From the NCBI GenBank assembly GCA_032718475.1, contig JAUCBJ010006432.1, forward strand, positions 1-43,803: a DNA stretch of 43,803 nucleotides, given 5' to 3'. A program made the position numbers and the translations under genes. Under the pieces are notes generated by a model, which was not told the origin of the DNA, ran no database searches, and saw only the letters and a list, made by a program, of their open reading frames with translations. Source of the stretch: Nemertoderma westbladi (taxonomy: Eukaryota; Animalia; Xenacoelomorpha). Below, in pieces: positions 38,119 to 43,803 of this stretch. Position 1 is the first letter of the stretch, and the number at the start of each line of letters is the position of its first letter.

Positions 38119-38587
38119 TAAACTATCCTAGTGGGTGTGGCCGATGTAGGAATGTTTGTATGTTAGCAGCTTCTTTTTCTTTTAAACGTTTGTTTGCACT
38201 GGGTAGGCGGAGTCGTGGAGTCTCTTGGAGTCTATGACCATGATCTATTTTCGGGTATGCCTTAATCTGAGCCTACCTATAAAAGCTCACCCCTTCATTA
38301 ACGTGAAGAATGGTGTGAACCTATTAAAAGTAATACCATATAAGGGCATAACAATTGGTAACTTTTAAAATTCATATAATTTACTGATAAAGAAGGGTTT
38401 TACTAAAGATAATACCAAAGATGGCAATCTAATATTTTTTATATTTGCATTAGTATAGTATTCATTTATATTATTTACAATATTTATTTGCCTGTATTTG
38501 ACTATAATATACAAAATATATATATTAAAATTGTGAATTTCGTTTTAATTTAAAATATCATCAAGGTGCTTTTGATCTAAAAAGTTG

Positions 38588-39610
38588 CTAAGCATCAAAC
38601 ATATTCATTACTATTGAAATTTGTCTAGCAAGGCGCTTTTGGTTTGTATAAAATAAAACCTTAGATAATTTCCGGAACTTTTCATATGATTTCTTCCCCA
38701 TCATTTCAATTAGCAGACGATTCCTGAGAGCTTTGGGGCATTCCAAGACTGATATGAATTCGTGCCTATCAATTACATATTTTAAGTGGAGATTATAAAG
38801 TAACCGGATACTGGTAAACATTTGATCTTGTAGCACGGGTCTTAGAACTGTAAGTATCTTAACTGGGCCACTCATTGACTGTGGTGCGTATCTTATAACA
38901 TGTCTCAGACGGGTTTTTATATCGGCCCCTGATGGCATAGTTTGCAGCAACCAACTGTTCGGTCCTGGTTCCTCTACCAACTGTGGTAGCACAAAGGATG
39001 GTTCATCTACCAACTGTGGTAGCTCGGGGAATGGTCCCTCGACTATCTGTGGTGATCCGGTGGATGATGGTTCCCCTACCAACTGTGGTAACACGATGGA
39101 TGGTTGCTCCACCAACTGTGATATCACCGTGTATGGCCCCTCTACCTCCTGTGTTACCACGATGGGGTTCACACCTAGTGGATGATCTCTTCCATTTCTG
39201 GACGGGTCATTTAAAAGCGTGCAATTCAATTGAGTTTGATCTATATCGATTTCGTTGAGTGCCTCGTAGAATTTAACAAGGTCGTCATGGTTATCAAATC
39301 CAATGAAATAGCTATACGAGTACATATTTTCTATTTTTGCCCAATAAGGGAAGTTCCTAAATACAGGAAATTGATCATCACCCCCTCTGCTTATTGAAGT
39401 ATTTTCCCCTGGATAGAATTCCACAATGGTTCCTTTATTTGTCGTGTATAGTTTGTTCCATTGAAGTGACATTATGTTCCCACCAACAAATGTAATCCTC
39501 AATGGCGGGTCTTTAATTTTGATAACTATGTCACCAATAAAATAATTAACAGCCACAATTTCTTTCGCGCTATCCGACATGGTTTTTAAATTGTTGCCTT
39601 GGTAGGTCAT
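38588..39610 (-). CDS. Intronless 340-aa protein with Pro/Gln/Glu repeat linker and C-terminal CARD-like death fold, nested in GAS8 intron 2
   Basis: 1 kb stop-free ORF in AT-rich DNA; repeats QLVEQP/QLVGEP/QIVEGP/QLVDEP/QLVEEP; last ~80 aa (LLYNLHLKYVIDRHEF...RNRLLIEMMGKKSYEKFRKLSKVLFYTNQKRLARQI) follow the CARD helix pattern by eye. Confidence 0.7.
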   Translation of the reverse strand: MTYQGNNLKTMSDSAKEIVAVNYFIGDIVIKIKDPPLRITFVGGNIMSLQWNKLYTTNKGTIVEFYPGENTSISRGGDDQFPVFRNFPYWAKIENMYSYSYFIGFDNHDDLVKFYEALNEIDIDQTQLNCTLLNDPSRNGRDHPLGVNPIVVTQEVEGPYTVISQLVEQPSIVLPQLVGEPSSTGSPQIVEGPFPELPQLVDEPSFVLPQLVEEPGPNSWLLQTMPSGADIKTRLRHVIRYAPQSMSGPVKILTVLRPVLQDQMFTSIRLLYNLHLKYVIDRHEFISVLECPKALRNRLLIEMMGKKSYEKFRKLSKVLFYTNQKRLARQISIVMNMFDA

Positions 39611-40200
39611 AGTTCACAATAGCTCAAAAATTAAGTTCAGTAACTACGGATACCTCTACTTAAAATGTTACTTATGTTTAATTTAATCGTAGAAAAGGTA
39701 AATGTTTCTAATTTTTAAAATATAATTATTATTATCACAATTAATAATTAATATAAGGTAAAACTAATAACCTAACAACAATCAATGTATACAAAACATT
39801 CTAGAACAACTGCATCTGCATTGTCATGTTAGTTAGTGAAATTACCAGTATCCTTATTATAAGATTGAAAATGGTTTGAATCATGACCTAATCTTGTAGG
39901 AGGTAGGTCATGGTTGAACTCACAGTAATTGACAGTAACTTAGGCCCCCCACACGGAGTAACTTGTATCTGCAACTTGTTGCTGTACACGTTATACGACG
40001 GGACACCACATCTTGATCAAATATAACAATTATTTTCAAATAAATAGCTAACCTAAGAAGTCTTGTCATTTATTTAATGAATCAAATCCAATATTATATG
40101 GAAAATAAAAAATATTTAATTAATCATTAATTAATCAGTTACTAGACACTAACTTTAACTAAACACGAACATTAAGTGTGGTGATTGTTTATCTACTGAC

Positions 40201-40320
40201 CTCTTCTTTTGTCATCTCATCAGCGGAATATCCATCTACGATTGTGGAAGATCCACCCTTCTTCCCCTTCCCGCTCTTCTTTCCACTCTTTTTCTTGCCC
40301 TTTCCTTTTTTCTTTGGAGC
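40201..40320 (-). CDS. GAS8: GAS8/DRC4 exon 2
   Basis: tttag acceptor, GTCAGT donor; 120 nt = APKKKGKGKKKSGKKSGKGKKGGSSTIVDGYSADEMTKEE, matching the GAS8 N-terminus (MAPKKKGKK...IVDG...EDMSKEQ). Confidence 0.93.
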
Positions 40321-40677
40321 CTAAAATAATAAACAAAACAAAGGTTAAGTTGCCCTAAAGGATCACCTAGGGCTAGGATCTCCCTATACTAATTAAATTT
40401 CAAAATCCACTGATTCTAGTAAAATAAGAGACTTGTGTCTTCTGTCTTTAGTCTTTATAGTAAAAATATATCTAGAACCTAAAATATTTGCCATACCACT
40501 CACTACCTACCGCAGTTCTCTGTCTTATATGTGGTTAATAATTACTATGTAATCTCAGCGTTTTTTATTATATATCTTTTAAAAAAGGTTGCAATGGGGT
40601 CGCATCAACCCCAATTAAAAGTAAAACTGTCACACGATGTGGGGCGAGCCACAAGCCATGTAAGTCGTAAGTCCAGG

Positions 40678-40958
40678 TGAGCCGCGCAGACCTACGCAGC
40701 GCAGGGGTCTAATTAGTGGACCCTTCTGTCGTCGTCGTTGTCGAAAATGTTTGAACGCTAATAAGTCGGTAAATTATTGATGAAATGGAACCAAACTTGG
40801 TACAAGTTATCAAGCTATTAAAAGTTTAGAAATCTCCTACACACAGACATACCTCTAAGGTTGCGAATGACTAGTTCGACTACTTGTACCCCCGCGGAAA
40901 GGCTCATCTGAACTTAGGTGCTGCGCGAAGGTCCTACGAACGGGTGACCCTAAGTTTA
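40678..40958 (+). mobile_element. Short non-autonomous repeat (Helentron/DINE-like)
   Basis: 5' hairpin-like GC segment, GTC microsatellite, CCAAACTTGGTACA core shared with ~18021-18034, 3' GTGCTGCGCGAAGG...ACGGGT shared in reverse with ~25840-25870. Confidence 0.45.
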
Positions 40959-41436
40959 AGTCATAAACCTAAGTAACTTGGAGTATAAAATAACAAATAT
41001 TAATAATTGTAGAGTAATGTAGACTCTAAACTTCTTAGAGTTTTTGTTTCAATCTTAATTACGGTAGGCTAAAGAATGCAGATCCCTACTGTACCGATAC
41101 ACAGATACACGTCATTAACAAGGTGTTGGCGAGCTGTATTATCGAGGTGCTTGTTTTTATACATTGAATATAGGAACTGTTCTAGGGGTCATTTTACTAA
41201 AAATAACTTTATATTTTTTTTGGCGCCACAGAAGCAAATATCCCAAACACCCTCCCTGTGTACTTTTGAACCGGGTAGTGTAAAAATTTAATAAACCGCG
41301 TTATTTTTCTAATGAAATTCATATCTGATACACAGTAGCATACCTAGCGTAGGCGTTGTTCTATAATGTGCCGGTACCGGTAAAAAAAACACTGATAGTG
41401 TTACCGGTAGGCCTACTTTATTACTGAATTACTTAC

Positions 41437-41439
41437 CAT
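41437..41439 (-). CDS. GAS8: GAS8/DRC4 coding exon 1 (initiator ATG only)
   Basis: Minus strand reads ATG|GTAAGT (consensus donor at 41436-41431); exon 2 starts in phase 0 with APKKKGK, which needs an upstream Met; X-box about 200 bp upstream. Confidence 0.8.
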
Positions 41440-41630
41440 ATTGCTGTACCGTCAATCAGTCAGTCGTGATATGAAGCCAGGTTTCAAAGGAATGAAAAAT
41501 TAATGCCAAATTACTAAATTGTAGAATAAACCATCAAAAAACCATCAACATTATCTGATAGGTCAGCCTACTGATGTCCAAATCCGTCAATAATAATGTA
41601 GAGTTACTACCGGTACGGAAAGCGGCATTT

Positions 41631-41690
41631 GTATCCATGGGAACACACCTCTCTAGGCAACTTCCACGCGCCTACTGCAAAGCAACCAAT
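41631..41690. promoter_or_regulatory. Putative GAS8 promoter: RFX X-box, second partial X-box, CCAAT
   Basis: GTATCCATGGGAAC at 41631-41644 fits the X-box consensus GTNNCCATGGNAAC; CTAGGCAAC half-site ending at 41661; CCAAT at 41686-41690. RFX control of ciliary genes is established. Confidence 0.7.
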
Positions 41691-42831
41691 AGGCTTGCAG
41701 TTTCACTAACAACCTCTTAGCTGTCAGAATGCTGGCACCGCGATGTTCATGGCAGGGGGCGCAAGCCTTAGCCAAAAAAGGAATCACTTGTAATAATAAT
41801 TATTATTATGGAAGTTAATAATTGACTTGCCAAGTTGGTCTTAAGAGCGTGTATGTCATAGGGTCTCGACTTTGAAAGAAAAACAATAGAACAATGTGAA
41901 TCTCTCGAATGTTTGGCCTGGTTTCCACATTCCGTACTCGCTCAACCAATCCGCCCCACTTGAGATGTTGTTTGCTTAGCCAGGAGTTGGGGATAGTCGA
42001 TAGCTATAATGAATGTTGAATGAGAACGCACAAATATTCACTCCGCAATAATAGCACATATAGCTTATACATTCTAAGTCACATTGTCATAATAGTTTAA
42101 TTTAGTTATATGCAGAAAAATGTATTATAATTCTTTAATAGGAATAGCATGCACAGGCTTGTTTTAAATGAAAAGTAGGCCTATTACAAATCACACTCAA
42201 TAACTGAATAGGGGCCTACTTTTATACTTTTTATATTTCATATTTCTGATCATAATTCCACATGCGTTTCAAATTGTGGGCCACCCCCTGCTATTGTTAT
42301 TAATGTCTAGATAGAGAACAAAAAAACAATAATGTTATGTGTTAAGTTATTGTGTTTGTGTATGTCACAATATTTTTTTCATTTTATTTTATAAACAAAA
42401 AAAAATAACAAAAAAACACAAAATAATATTTTTGGTGCCTACAGCCTACTGTATTTACATTTATTGCACTTTTTTTTATTTTTTATAATTAATATCTTTG
42501 AGGAGAAAATGTTTTCAGTAGGAATTAGGCCACCGGAATAGCAACGGGCAGTTTCAGAAGTCAAGATAAGAACCATTTATCCCGTGGCCTCATTTCAGCT
42601 GCCGCAAAACTTGAGGAATGTTACAATTGAATTTAGTTTGCGTAAAGGATGAGGTATAGTTTGCGGCGATGAATGATGCTAAATCTTTGTGATATTCTTT
42701 CTCCCGGGTGAAATCAAGAAACTATAATTCAGAAGAATGACTACAGCTTCAATCACTTACTGTACTCAATTACTTAGCTTAAAAATTTAGTTTCAGTTTG
42801 CATGGGAACAATACGACCTTCTCTTCAGAAG

Positions 42832-43660
42832 TATGTGCTACTTTTCTTAGGTGGATATGATGACTAGGATTCATAGAAATGTAATAAAATATGTTTCTGG
42901 AATTTTTATATTGTTGCTGTCAAGGTAACCGGGTTCAAAGTTCAAACTTTGCCCGTCTGTAATTCAAGACGACGAGGGATTTTGTTCTTGAGATTTGGCA
43001 GGTGAGTAAAAGAAATAAAAGTCTATCAGAATATTCTACATTTAAATATTTTTTCAATCCCGTTGCCATGGTAATATGTATAATAAAAAATATGAATAAT
43101 TGCAACCAATTCTATAGAACACCATTTTTAGTCGGTTTGTCTTAATATTAAGTTAAAGTTACCAACATTACATTTTATCAATCGTCAATTGTGAATCTTG
43201 TTTGTAAAGGTCAATAAGTGCCAATAAACAAAACTGTCCAATCAGAGGGCAATACCTGTGATAGCATGATTTTAAGATTCCAGAATATTAAATTTTGGTT
43301 TGCAATTATTAGAAAAAAAGGACAGGTCCCAGGTACGTCAGTTGCATATGATATAAATAGAAAATAATAGCCCAATTTTTACCTGGCGGTCATAATGTGA
43401 AAGTATCGTTACACCCATCACCATGGAAACGGGATTGAAAAAAGTATACCTTTCAAAGATTTTCATAAGACTTTTATTTCCTTTACTCACCTGCCAAATC
43501 TCAAGAACAGAATCCCCCGCCGTCTTGAATTACAGACGGGCAAAGTTTGAACTTTGTAAACGGTTACCTTGACAACAACAATATAAAAATTCCGGAAAGA
43601 CATTTTATTACATTTCTATGAACTCTAGTCATCATATCCACCTAAGAAAAGTAGCATATA
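42832..43660. mobile_element. Foldback/MITE-like element with ~240-bp inverted arms
   Basis: 42832-43075 is an imperfect reverse complement of 43417-43660 (tgctacttttcttaggtggatatgatgactag / ctagtcatcatatccacctaagaaaagtagca); TSD not resolved. Confidence 0.8.
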
Positions 43661-43803
43661 AGAATTCTAGAATAGATGTCTAAGGAAATATTATGAAAAT
43701 AGTTCCATAAATAGGGAAAATATTGGCCTCCGCTAATTTCAGCAATCAGCTCGCTGCATGACCTGTTATTTAGTTACACCTTGATTACGACCAAGCTAAC
43801 AAA

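Noticed and set aside
1-43803. Species or phylum assignment
   Set aside because: The sequence supports an animal with motile cilia, but nothing here identifies the taxon reliably without a search.

Overview
AT-rich animal (probably invertebrate) genomic DNA. Most of the window is the 5' part of a GAS8/DRC4 gene (nexin-dynein regulatory complex) on the minus strand: nine coding exons from an ATG-only first exon at 41437-41439 down to 5850, all with GT-AG boundaries and compatible phases; the C-terminal exons must lie beyond position 1. About half the window (~23 kb by my tally) is tandem repeat inside the introns. Main observation: in three introns the tandem array is an amplified copy of the preceding exon's 3' end plus its splice donor (41-bp, 22-bp and 92/83-bp units), giving arrays of decoy donors. 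Three intronless ORFs are nested in the introns on the host strand: an adhesion GPCR, a protein with a CARD-like C-terminus, and a C2H2 zinc finger/acidic protein split by a TTAA-flanked transposon (349 aa when rejoined). Also present: MITE/foldback elements, tRNA-like SINE heads, Helentron-like shells around satellites and an RFX X-box promoter motif. All calls come from manual reading; no searches were run and copy numbers are approximate.
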